Virus record (IMG/VR): IMGVR_UViG_3300005805_000206
Span: 1 to 38,795 of that record
Reading direction: 5' to 3' (one strand)
Length of the DNA stretch: 38,795 nt
Source: a virus
Lineage: Duplodnaviria; Caudoviricetes
The notes under the pieces were generated by a model. That model did not search any database. It worked only from the letters and a program-made list of their open reading frames with translations, and was not told the DNA's origin. This document shows positions 15,741 through 23,390 of the stretch, piece after piece; position 1 is the first letter of the stretch; every line of letters starts with the position of its first letter. A program made the translations under genes and the position numbers.

Positions 15741-16092
15741 CTATCCACTCACCACCACTGGCGAACACTGTCTCTCCCTCATTGGTGAAACTCCAAGCGT
15801 AATCGCAACAAGGCTTATCCTCATAGGGGCTAGGGTGTGCGCCTTTCTCCAATGACTTCGCTAGTAGTGGGAAAGTATCTAAGAACTTGACAATACAAGC
15901 GTGACATATATTCCACGACTTAGGCTCGGCGTTAGATATCAGAGAGTTTAGGTCGTCAGTGAAACCACCATAGTAACCAAAGTATTCATAGTACAGTGAC
16001 CAACCGTCATTTATTGCTGGCGATGAAGTCCACTCCTTACTTCCTTGCCTCGCTTCACCACAAGCGTCACACTTCACTGTCTCATTGTTCAT
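15715..16092 (-). CDS. Cys-rich hypothetical protein
   Basis: CDAC, CHAC; ATGA-coupled. Confidence 0.7.
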   Translation of the reverse strand: MNNETVKCDACGEARQGSKEWTSSPAINDGWSLYYEYFGYYGGFTDDLNSLISNAEPKSWNICHACIVKFLDTFPLLAKSLEKGAHPSPYEDKPCCDYAWSFTNEGETVFASGGEWIVAPEKSGG

Positions 16093-16382
16093 AGTGCGTA
16101 CTCTCCACGCTTACGGCGGTAGTGCGATACGAATATGTCACTGTCATAGTCACAAGGTGACCACACTATGTCTGCCTCGCTAAAGGTGTCGTCAAGGTGT
16201 AAGCGAACTACGACATAGTCAAAGGCGTCATAGGCGTTGTATGCGATAAACCTCATACAGCCTACGAGGGTAGAACGGTATTCGTAGTGACTAGGTAAGT
16301 CATAGCGTGACATGCTCCAAGCGTCACCATATGACGGACACTCAACCACTGCGTACCTTCGTCTATCCTTCTCAATAGTCAT
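16089..16382 (-). CDS. hypothetical protein, leaderless
   Basis: ATG 6 nt after the -10 of copy 18. Confidence 0.65.
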   Translation of the reverse strand: MTIEKDRRRYAVVECPSYGDAWSMSRYDLPSHYEYRSTLVGCMRFIAYNAYDAFDYVVVRLHLDDTFSEADIVWSPCDYDSDIFVSHYRRKRGEYAL

Positions 16383-16388
16383 AGGGTA

Positions 16389-16419
16389 AGTGTACCTAGT
16401 GCGATACCAAATTTCCAAA
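16389..16419 (-). promoter_or_regulatory. repeated phage promoter, copy 18
   Basis: TGGAAA-TTTGGTATCGCACTAGG-TACACT. Confidence 0.8.
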
Positions 16420-16454
16420 TACGAACTACCCGTAGGCTACCCGTGTGCCTTGCG

Positions 16455-16541
16455 CTATTCATATTCTCTCAACTTCAGTGCGACATAGATAAGTGCCAAG
16501 CCTGCTAGGCAGAATATCTCTAGCACTGCCTCACCACTCAT
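16455..16541 (-). CDS. 28-aa single-TM peptide
   Basis: Manually translated MSGEAVLEIFCLAGLALIYVALKLREYE; TAATG overlap. Confidence 0.45.
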   Translation of the reverse strand: MSGEAVLEIFCLAGLALIYVALKLREYE

Positions 16542-16714
16542 TAGTCGTTATCGCCTAGCGTGAACTTAGGCATTACGAATAGCGTGTTGCCTATGCGATA
16601 GGCGTTACGGCTTGCGTTGTATTGTGCGCAAGGGAATAGGCGAACGATATCTAATGACGATAAAGGTGTATCGCTTAGGTGAACGATATGTCTAATGTTG
16701 TTTTGTTTTTTCAT
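16541..16714 (-). CDS. hypothetical protein
   Basis: MKKQNN start after AAGGT; start uncertain. Confidence 0.45.
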   Translation of the reverse strand: MKKQNNIRHIVHLSDTPLSSLDIVRLFPCAQYNASRNAYRIGNTLFVMPKFTLGDND

Positions 16715-16942
16715 TGCGCTTACCTTGCTCAACTTATTGCGATTATTTTTATTGCGATTATTTTTTTGCGTTGCTTGCCTTAGTGTGTTCACTTCACACT
16801 GCGACATAGTTACTTCACAAGTGCTAACACTAATGTCGCGTGTGTTACTTGTTTTTTTCGTACCCATAACCCGAACCCGTCTTTTGTTATTGCGAACGAT
16901 TACTATTGCTAACACTTCGCATTACTTCGCATAGTTAGTGTA

Positions 16943-16973
16943 AGCATACGGCAAGCAATACCAAATTTCCAAA
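16943..16973 (-). promoter_or_regulatory. repeated phage promoter, copy 19
   Basis: TGGAAA-TTTGGTATTGCTTGCCG-TATGCT. Confidence 0.8.
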
Positions 16974-16991
16974 GTGCGTATGCGTGTGCGT

Positions 16992-17049
16992 GTGTTGCGA
17001 ATATGAAACGGTGTTGCGAATATGAAACGCGTGTTGCGAATATGAAACG
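16992..17049. repeat. three direct repeats of GTGTTGCGAATATGAAACG
   Basis: 16992-17010, 17011-17029, 17031-17049, identical. Confidence 0.9.
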
Positions 17050-17076
17050 CCCCCCAAGAGGGGTCGGCGGGGCTCT

Positions 17077-17091
17077 TCGAACACTTGTTCG
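17077..17091. promoter_or_regulatory. LexA (SOS) box, Gram-positive type
   Basis: TCGAAC-ACTT-GTTCG. Confidence 0.55.
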
Positions 17092-17146
17092 CCCATGGTG
17101 GGCAGTCATATTCCAAATTTTTAAGCTCGCCGTATTTCAACTAGAT

Positions 17147-17779
17147 TTATCTAAAGCGGCTCCTAGAGGTCTTCTTCTTGCCTTTTGCTGCCTCGTAGGC
17201 CTCTATGTCGTCTATTGGCGTTACAAGCTCGCCTATGCTCGTCCAGTCTGCCTGTGCGCCTAAGTGCATGACTACTGTCTTGACTTCCCAACGCATTTCA
17301 GCATCGAATGCAATGTCTAATAGTTTGATATGCAACTTGTTGAGGTCGTATATGGTCATTGGTGATGAATCGCCATACCTGAAGTGTTCTCTGAGTGCTG
17401 CAGATAGCTCTGCATAGTTTCCATCAACATGAATGATGTCTTCAGGCTTAGTGATGTTTGTTGCTATGTAACCATATGGCTCATCCATCAAATTGAGAAA
17501 CGTCCGCATGAGTTCTCTCATTTTTTGGGTCCCAAAACCGGCTTCTTCTAACTGTCCAAGGAGCAGAACGATGAAGCATCCTTCATAGGTGAAGCTTCTG
17601 TCATAGCCTGAGACACCTGTCTGTATGTAGGTAGGGGGGATAAACCCTTCTTTAATCCAGTTATCGAAAGTCTTGTACTGAGTTTCGGTGTAAAAGGAGA
17701 GCTCTTGCAGTGTGAGTGTAAGAGTTTGTTTCTTTTGTAGATGGAGAGCTTTTATTCTCTCTGTGTCCATTAGTGCCAT
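17147..17779 (-). CDS. MerR-like helix-turn-helix DNA-binding protein
   Basis: LTLQELS...TFDNWIKEGFIPP...G..RSFT...L...GF pattern of the MerR wHTH. Confidence 0.65.
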   Translation of the reverse strand: MALMDTERIKALHLQKKQTLTLTLQELSFYTETQYKTFDNWIKEGFIPPTYIQTGVSGYDRSFTYEGCFIVLLLGQLEEAGFGTQKMRELMRTFLNLMDEPYGYIATNITKPEDIIHVDGNYAELSAALREHFRYGDSSPMTIYDLNKLHIKLLDIAFDAEMRWEVKTVVMHLGAQADWTSIGELVTPIDDIEAYEAAKGKKKTSRSRFR

Positions 17780-17977
17780 TGTTAGTTTCCTCTAGGTGTA
17801 AATATAACAGAAGACGTGGAAAACCAGGATAAATTTAACTGAAAGTTGGCGCGCCGTTTTTGTGTCAGTTCAGATTGCTGACTGGCTATAAATCTACAGC
17901 AGGTTGTTAATGCTGTTTAAATTTATCCAATAGAGGGGCCAAAATAAAAAAATCGCGCGGAAAAGCCTTCGCCTAGA

Positions 17978-18361
17978 TTACAAGTCCCCGCCGTTTTGTT
18001 TTAATTTATCCAAAACTCTGGACCCAGTAAGTTGTGACCTGTATCCATTCTCCTTCATTCTGGCATTCATGGCGTCTTCTTCTTGTTTCTTTCTTGCTCG
18101 TCCTGTTAGCTGTAAGACATGGTCTCCATAGAGGGTGAGTCTGTATCGCTCTTTGCCTTTTTCTCCAGTGACCTGTAGACAACCGCTTTTTGCTAAATGT
18201 TTGAAAGATTCCTCAACATGGTTGGTGTATTCCTTCCTGTTGAGCTGGAATCTCCGGTAATCAGCACGAGTAAACCAATCTTTTTTCATCTTTGCATAAC
18301 ACATGACGATATAGGCTTGACTGCCATGTTTGATTGGTTTTCTATTCGGTAATTGGTTCAT
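17978..18361 (-). CDS. hypothetical protein, possible winged helix
   Basis: L.KSG.L...RYRLT..G. Confidence 0.6.
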   Translation of the reverse strand: MNQLPNRKPIKHGSQAYIVMCYAKMKKDWFTRADYRRFQLNRKEYTNHVEESFKHLAKSGCLQVTGEKGKERYRLTLYGDHVLQLTGRARKKQEEDAMNARMKENGYRSQLTGSRVLDKLKQNGGDL

Positions 18362-18401
18362 GAGCGTGAACTGTATCTACCGTTTTGAGAAATAACAATT
18401 T

Positions 18402-18809
18402 TTATTCAGTGTCTTTTGTCGCTTTATTCACTTCTGAATATTTGGCGTAATGAAGCGTTGATGCTGCATGCTCAGGATTCAGCGTTTTGTACCAGCCGCC
18501 AATAGACTTCATGAGAACCCCAGGCTTCCCGGTCGCTTCGCACGTCTTTGCGGCGATTTCTTCGTACTTGGCAATAATGTCGTGGAGGCGTCTTGGCTCG
18601 TAGCAAGTTTCTGATGGTTTTACGTAGTACCGCAACTCTCCAAATTTCTCTTTTACTTGGAGGATTTTGTAGTGCGGGTCAAATAGTGAAAGCTCTCTGT
18701 CGCAGTCGATTACCAGTTGGTACCAGCCCTCATCCACCTGGATTGTCTGGATGTACTCTGGCGAAATCTTCTCTTTAAGCTTTTGCACCTGTAGATGGAG
18801 TTCGTTCAT
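18402..18809 (-). CDS. conserved phage hypothetical protein
   Basis: GWYQL...QVKEKFGELRYY...TCE.TGKPG. Confidence 0.75.
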   Translation of the reverse strand: MNELHLQVQKLKEKISPEYIQTIQVDEGWYQLVIDCDRELSLFDPHYKILQVKEKFGELRYYVKPSETCYEPRRLHDIIAKYEEIAAKTCEATGKPGVLMKSIGGWYKTLNPEHAASTLHYAKYSEVNKATKDTE

Positions 18810-18970
18810 CTCGTTAATTCTCTTCCTCGATTATTCTTCCACAAATATCGCAGAACATTACTCCAGCGTTTTGATTGCCTAGGAAAGTCTGCCAGTTCTC
18901 GCACCGGTGAGGGAACCGAGATTTAAACCAATACCAAATATATAGAATATGGTCCATATTTCTATTCTAG

Positions 18971-19043
<73 letters not shown>

Positions 19044-19052
19044 GTATTTTGT

Positions 19053-19301
19053 CTAATACTTTCTAGGACGAGATTTCCTGTAAGGATTAGCAAGATAGTC
19101 AGTTTTATGGACTTTCGCCCAATTAGCGTCGGCTTTCTCTATCGTTACCGTTCCATCAGCCTTCGTTATCTTCAATGGACCAGCTATGGAAATCCCCATT
19201 GTTCGAGGGTCTTGTGGTTTTTTTCTGTTTCGTACTTTTTTATTTTTTGACTTTTTTGCGCGTTTTTTCTTATTGCTTTTCTTGACTGGTAAATTCCCCA
19301 C
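19053..19301 (-). CDS. Lys-rich hypothetical protein
   Basis: 82-aa ORF; start uncertain. Confidence 0.45.
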   Translation of the reverse strand: MGNLPVKKSNKKKRAKKSKNKKVRNRKKPQDPRTMGISIAGPLKITKADGTVTIEKADANWAKVHKTDYLANPYRKSRPRKY

Positions 19302-19437
19302 TAGATTCCTGTTCTTTTTCGCTTCTTGGATACTCGTGCCCCTGATGCATACCGCAGAATGGTGTTAGCGACATTGCGCCAGTCTTGCATTGATTTCCAC
19401 TTTTAGTTTTGGCTTGACATCTGATAAATCTATTCAT
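19270..19437 (-). CDS. 55-aa zinc-finger protein
   Basis: Manually translated RCQAKTKSGNQCK...FCGMH. Confidence 0.6.
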   Translation of the reverse strand: MNRFIRCQAKTKSGNQCKTGAMSLTPFCGMHQGHEYPRSEKEQESSGEFTSQEKQ

Positions 19438-19442
19438 AATTG

Positions 19443-19517
19443 TGCCCCTGGTTGGAATTGAACCAACATGTACCGTTACGGTTTCTACACCTTATAAGAG
19501 TGAGCCGATACAGGGGC
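19443..19517 (-). ncRNA. tRNA-like RNA lacking a D-arm, TAT in the anticodon-like loop
   Basis: 7-bp acceptor GCCCCTG/CAGGGGC-A, T-arm GTTGG-TTCAATT-CCAAC, CACT-CTTATAA-GGTG arm, ACCG-TAA-CGGT extra arm. Confidence 0.65.
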
Positions 19518-19560
19518 GAGCATTATTGTGCCAACCTCTGTATTCGACCCGTAAAAAACA

Positions 19561-19938
19561 TTAGAGCTGTGCGTTTACGTATGATTCGTATTCTGGGCAA
19601 AGGAAAGTGACAGAGGCAACCATGACTGAAGCATAGAACTCTGTGTCGTAAGAACCATTCGCGTTAGCCGCAAAGACGTCAATAACTGAATCCAATGTTG
19701 CACCTGCGGCAAAACTGTCACAGACAATACTTCCAAGCTCAAGGATTCTTGACTCTTCCCATTCTCGCGCCTGAGCAGAGTCGTTGTAAATAAAATTCAG
19801 GTACTCGTCGTACTTGCTTAACTCAACTGCTGGTGCTTCTGTTGGCGGAGTGGTTACAAGCACCTCTCTAACCGTCTCTTTGCCGCATCCAGCCAAAATG
19901 GTCAATGATGCGATGAGTATTACTGCTTTAACTTTCAT
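19561..19938 (-). CDS. lipoprotein, DUF732-like
   Basis: LAGC lipobox; G..VC...G......F....V..LCP pattern. Confidence 0.7.
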   Translation of the reverse strand: MKVKAVILIASLTILAGCGKETVREVLVTTPPTEAPAVELSKYDEYLNFIYNDSAQAREWEESRILELGSIVCDSFAAGATLDSVIDVFAANANGSYDTEFYASVMVASVTFLCPEYESYVNAQL

Positions 19939-20063
19939 TAGTCTCTTCTTCCTGTGTAGTTGTTTCTTCTTCTAAATCTTCATACCACTCTACAAACGAA
20001 TCTGTTCCATTTGTAAGTCCTGGTCTTTCAATGTTCACAAACTTTCTGACCCATTTTCGCATT

Positions 20064-20357
20064 TCATCCACGCCGTCTAGTTCTGTGGTTTGTTACGGCA
20101 GAAGCATATTTTTCTGCGTAATTTGGTTCAGAGTGCTCCATCATTACTACATCATAAAGTTCGTCAGCTAAGTCGCGCTCTTTTTGATAATCATTTCGCC
20201 AGTTATCCCTGTCTAGGCGAAGTAATACATTGTTGTCACGCAATGCTTTTATTTCGTTTATCACCGTCTGAGCAAATGGGCTTGGACTCTTTTTGAGTTC
20301 CTCGATGATGTCTATCTGGTCTTCTTCTGCTGACACTTTTCTATCCTTGTTCGTCAT
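20064..20357 (-). CDS. hypothetical protein
   Basis: 97 aa, in operon. Confidence 0.65.
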   Translation of the reverse strand: MTNKDRKVSAEEDQIDIIEELKKSPSPFAQTVINEIKALRDNNVLLRLDRDNWRNDYQKERDLADELYDVVMMEHSEPNYAEKYASAVTNHRTRRRG

Positions 20358-20799
20358 ATCTTGGATTAATCATCATGTCTTGAACGTCTTCCGGCATGAG
20401 GAGAAAACCTTTTGCTGGGTTGTCCGAGCCACCAAGATTTATCTTATTAGAGCTATTGAATCTTTCCGGGAATGCTCGCAGGTACCTTTTCAACCTCGCG
20501 ACAGAGACGACAATAAATGCCCCTTCTGGCGAAAAAATATAAACCCACCATTCAGCGGTGGTTATGTTTATTCCGCTTTTGTTCCAGACCTGCACGCCGT
20601 TAACGTCCCTGTACCCGCGTGGGTTTTGGTCCGTTTCAACAACCATTCTTCCGTTGCGGTATCTATCACTCTTCACTTCAAACGAACCATCCGAAAGGTC
20701 GTCAAGAAATGTTGATACAAGATATTCACCCTGTTGCCCGTAAGCCAGGTCTTTTTTGAAATCAAATTTTCGAGCTGGAATATCAAACTCTGCGGCCAT
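20341..20799 (-). CDS. phage protein, possible PD-(D/E)xK nuclease fold
   Basis: DL..G..GE...FEVKSD motif. Confidence 0.6.
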   Translation of the reverse strand: MAAEFDIPARKFDFKKDLAYGQQGEYLVSTFLDDLSDGSFEVKSDRYRNGRMVVETDQNPRGYRDVNGVQVWNKSGINITTAEWWVYIFSPEGAFIVVSVARLKRYLRAFPERFNSSNKINLGGSDNPAKGFLLMPEDVQDMMINPRYDEQG

Positions 20800-20836
20800 G
20801 AATCAATCATGCCAGTATTAAAACTAATTTACAACC

Positions 20837-21550
20837 TTAGTTTTTATATACTCGCCAGTTTCCAAGTTTTCCCTCAGAGTTGTCCATAATCCATTTTGCA
20901 AATTTGACGTTGCAGTTAACATCCTTGAGCCCACTCATTCGATTCTCCACTGCCGCTTCACCACAGACCATGGAAACCTTTGACCGCCATGAGGAATTAA
21001 TCTGAAGTAGTCCGGTATCGTATGACTTGTCCTTATTCAGAGCGTAAGTCATATTTCCTTTAGCGTCCCATGTTGCGTTTTGGGCTTTAGGGTTGCATCC
21101 GCTTTCGCGCCATGCAACATATGAAAAAACCTCAACTGGAAGAAGCCCAACTTCCTTGAAAAGGGGCTCCCACATCGGGCATCGCTTCGATTGGTCTGCT
21201 GAAATGTTGTAGATAGCGCTCATCGGCTGTTCTGGGACATTGCCCACAGGAAGATTTAGCGATTGAAGTTTTTGAATATGCTCACGGCGTGTTACAGGGC
21301 CGTAGGCGCCATCCACCCTGATGCTTCCAATCGTTCTTTGCAGATTTTTGACTCGCTCACTCTTCTCTCCGAATGAGTAATTATCCAATAAAACCTGCTT
21401 ATTTTTGGCCTCTTCCATCCTGTCTGGTGAAACCACAAAGACAGCTGGGGGGGGCGCCAGCATGGCTACCTCCGCCTTTGTCCCACCTGGGATTGAAATC
21501 CCAAGGGCTCCAAAAAGTATAGAAATAGACCATCCTGTGATTTGCTTCAA
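20837..21550 (-). CDS. secreted lytic transglycosylase (SLT-like) with peptidoglycan-binding segment
   Basis: Signal peptide; VKNLQ...VDGAYGPVT; catalytic RES motif (AWRESGCNP), GLLQIN; AGGAG RBS plus TTG. Confidence 0.8.
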   Translation of the reverse strand: MKQITGWSISILFGALGISIPGGTKAEVAMLAPPPAVFVVSPDRMEEAKNKQVLLDNYSFGEKSERVKNLQRTIGSIRVDGAYGPVTRREHIQKLQSLNLPVGNVPEQPMSAIYNISADQSKRCPMWEPLFKEVGLLPVEVFSYVAWRESGCNPKAQNATWDAKGNMTYALNKDKSYDTGLLQINSSWRSKVSMVCGEAAVENRMSGLKDVNCNVKFAKWIMDNSEGKLGNWRVYKN

Positions 21551-21688
21551 TGTTTTTCTCCTGAACTCGGCGGATAGGGCAACAGGTTGTAGTAACTAAC
21601 CTGCCTATGTCAGTATCGGGTACTTCAATATTACCAAATTATCTAGCGATTGCAACCTTTAGGGTTGTTTATCCCTTGACGGAGGGCT

Positions 21689-21958
21689 CTAATCCCCAAC
21701 AACCGTACGGTTCTGAAGGCTTGTAATAAATTTTTCAAAATCTTCGAGATTTACTGAGGTTTTGAATGAATTCTCAGAGTCAACATCATAAATATCGAGA
21801 TTCAGAGATTGGACAAGCACACTAGCAATATCTCCACAGTTATTTGATGCTTCTTCGACCTCATCATCAGTTGCGTCGTTATCTACATAGAAGTACAAAA
21901 GCACTCCTGCAATATGTTCAACTAGGTTTAGGCGGGCTTCATCTTTTGTTGTTGTCAT
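21689..21958 (-). CDS. acidic hypothetical protein
   Basis: Start at MTTTK chosen from an upstream TAGTAT -10; uncertain. Confidence 0.55.
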   Translation of the reverse strand: MTTTKDEARLNLVEHIAGVLLYFYVDNDATDDEVEEASNNCGDIASVLVQSLNLDIYDVDSENSFKTSVNLEDFEKFITSLQNRTVVGD

Positions 21959-22041
21959 GTGTTGCATACTATCATCAGGGGTGATAAAGTTGAACTCGCT
22001 GAAGTCATCCGACCTCGGCATACGTAAACCAAGGAGAAGAA

Positions 22042-22518
22042 ATGAACCCGGCACCAACGGTGATTATCGGTAACGTTACGGCGGAACCAGAACTCACCTT
22101 CACATCAAACGGACAGGCACGCCTGTCATTTTCAGTAGCCGCAAACTACGTTTGGTACGACCAGGCAGGCGAAAAGCAGGAAAAGGTTTCCTTTTTCAAC
22201 ATCGTCGCATGGCGCTACACAGCCGAGAATGCTGCAAAGACACTGGAAAAGGGAATTGGTGTAATCGTAACAGGACGCCTTGAACAGCGTTCATGGGACG
22301 ACAAAGAGACAGGTCAAAAGCGTTCAACAGTCGAAGTTATTGCAGACGAAATTGCAATTAACACTCGCAGTGTTGAAACTGTTGTCCGTCGCACCAAGCA
22401 GGACGGTGGTCAAGCACAGGGCGGTTCATCCGCTCCGGCACAGCGCCGCTCAAAGCCAGCAGCATCAAATCGTCAGCCAGTAGGCGTTGGCGTAGATGGT
22501 GAATCAGAACCATTCTGA
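22042..22518 (+). CDS. ssb: single-stranded DNA-binding protein
   Basis: GNV..EPEL.FT..G, V.GRLEQRSW, acidic EPF C-terminus. Confidence 0.95.
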   Translation: MNPAPTVIIGNVTAEPELTFTSNGQARLSFSVAANYVWYDQAGEKQEKVSFFNIVAWRYTAENAAKTLEKGIGVIVTGRLEQRSWDDKETGQKRSTVEVIADEIAINTRSVETVVRRTKQDGGQAQGGSSAPAQRRSKPAASNRQPVGVGVDGESEPF

Positions 22519-22537
22519 TTCTTGCCCTTTAATTAAA

Positions 22538-22585
22538 TAAAACCCCCGTTAATTTCGTACAGAGATGCGAAAACGGGGGTTTTTT
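22538..22585. terminator. bidirectional terminator
   Basis: AAAACCCCCGTT...AACGGGGGTTTT between convergent genes. Confidence 0.7.
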
Positions 22586-22769
22586 ACATCTTCTTTAAGC
22601 CATTTAGTATTTTTGTTAGCTCATCCCCATCAAATGGAATGGCATAAGCATCGACGTAATTTCTTGCATCTAACAGCATGTCTATTACTTCTGCCACTGG
22701 CACTGCCGACTTTGGGTCTTTTACCATTTGCCGAGAAAGCCTCTGTAGGTGTGTTTCTATTGAATCCAT
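22584..22769 (-). CDS. hypothetical protein
   Basis: 61 aa. Confidence 0.55.
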   Translation of the reverse strand: MDSIETHLQRLSRQMVKDPKSAVPVAEVIDMLLDARNYVDAYAIPFDGDELTKILNGLKKM

Positions 22770-22878
22770 ATGTTAAGTATAAACATAAAAATTTTGGTTC
22801 TGGAGTTGTAAATTGATTTTTTAGTTATTAATATCTAAGTCAACCTACAAATAGACGGACATAAAGGAGTTATTACTA

Positions 22879-23088
22879 ATGTCTGAATACAATAAATTAA
22901 AGAACAGCGGACTTGGGCGCGGTCGTCCAAAACTCAATGAAAAAGAGCGTCTTTTGCGGAAGCAAATGAATTCTGTTCGCCAGGAAGCTCGTAGACGAGC
23001 TCACCTCGTACTGCAGCATCGCCATCAAGACGAGTACAACGACATTTTTGAAGAAGAGTTTAAGTCTCTTAGTAAAAAGGGTCGTTAA
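22879..23088 (+). CDS. small basic protein with AT-hook-like GRGRPK
   Basis: AAGGAG RBS; GRGRPK motif. Confidence 0.7.
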   Translation: MSEYNKLKNSGLGRGRPKLNEKERLLRKQMNSVRQEARRRAHLVLQHRHQDEYNDIFEEEFKSLSKKGR

Positions 23089-23193
23089 TCAGATTCCAGT
23101 TCCCTGGGGGCATCATCAGCCTCCGGGGACTTTATATCGTGGACCAACTCTCCTGTCTTAAATCTTAAGACTAGGGGCGGAGGCTCTTCCGGA

Positions 23194-23388
23194 TTAGTCA
23201 ATGTTTCCGCTTTTCATCGAGCCTCTACCCTTTTTTGATGGCTTCATGACTTTTGACCTTGATTTGCCATATTCAGATTCTAGCCACTCATCAAAGTCTT
23301 CAACTTCACCGTGGTTGGAAATGACGTATTTTTCGTACTGTTTTATCAGTCCAACTAGTTCGTCATCTTCTTCGTCAAATCTTGGCAT
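23194..23388 (-). CDS. hypothetical protein
   Basis: 64 aa, follows 23391-23900. Confidence 0.6.
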   Translation of the reverse strand: MPRFDEEDDELVGLIKQYEKYVISNHGEVEDFDEWLESEYGKSRSKVMKPSKKGRGSMKSGNID

Positions 23389-23390
23389 TT

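Larger units (their letters stand above)
13758..16448. repeat. four tandem TACCCGTAGGC-TACCCGTAGGC elements
   Basis: 13758-13781, 14677-14702, 15548-15574, 16426-16448; all intergenic and in the same orientation. Confidence 0.8.
377..17074. repeat. dispersed AGCCCCG/CGGGGCT boxes (about 40 copies), many as inverted pairs
   Basis: Pairs at 1320/1351, 1738/1771, 2380/2414, 3431/3463, 3789/3823, 4244/4277, 5455/5487, 5819/5853; singles continue to 17068. Confidence 0.85.

Noticed and set aside
1-17100. A classical integron
   Set aside because: No tyrosine recombinase and no GTTRRRY attC pattern were seen, and the cassettes carry their own promoters, so the comparison is only an analogy.
19336-19400. 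Second GTGCCCCTG suggesting another tRNA 3' end
   Set aside because: There is no T-arm, and it lies within the zinc-finger CDS 19270-19437.
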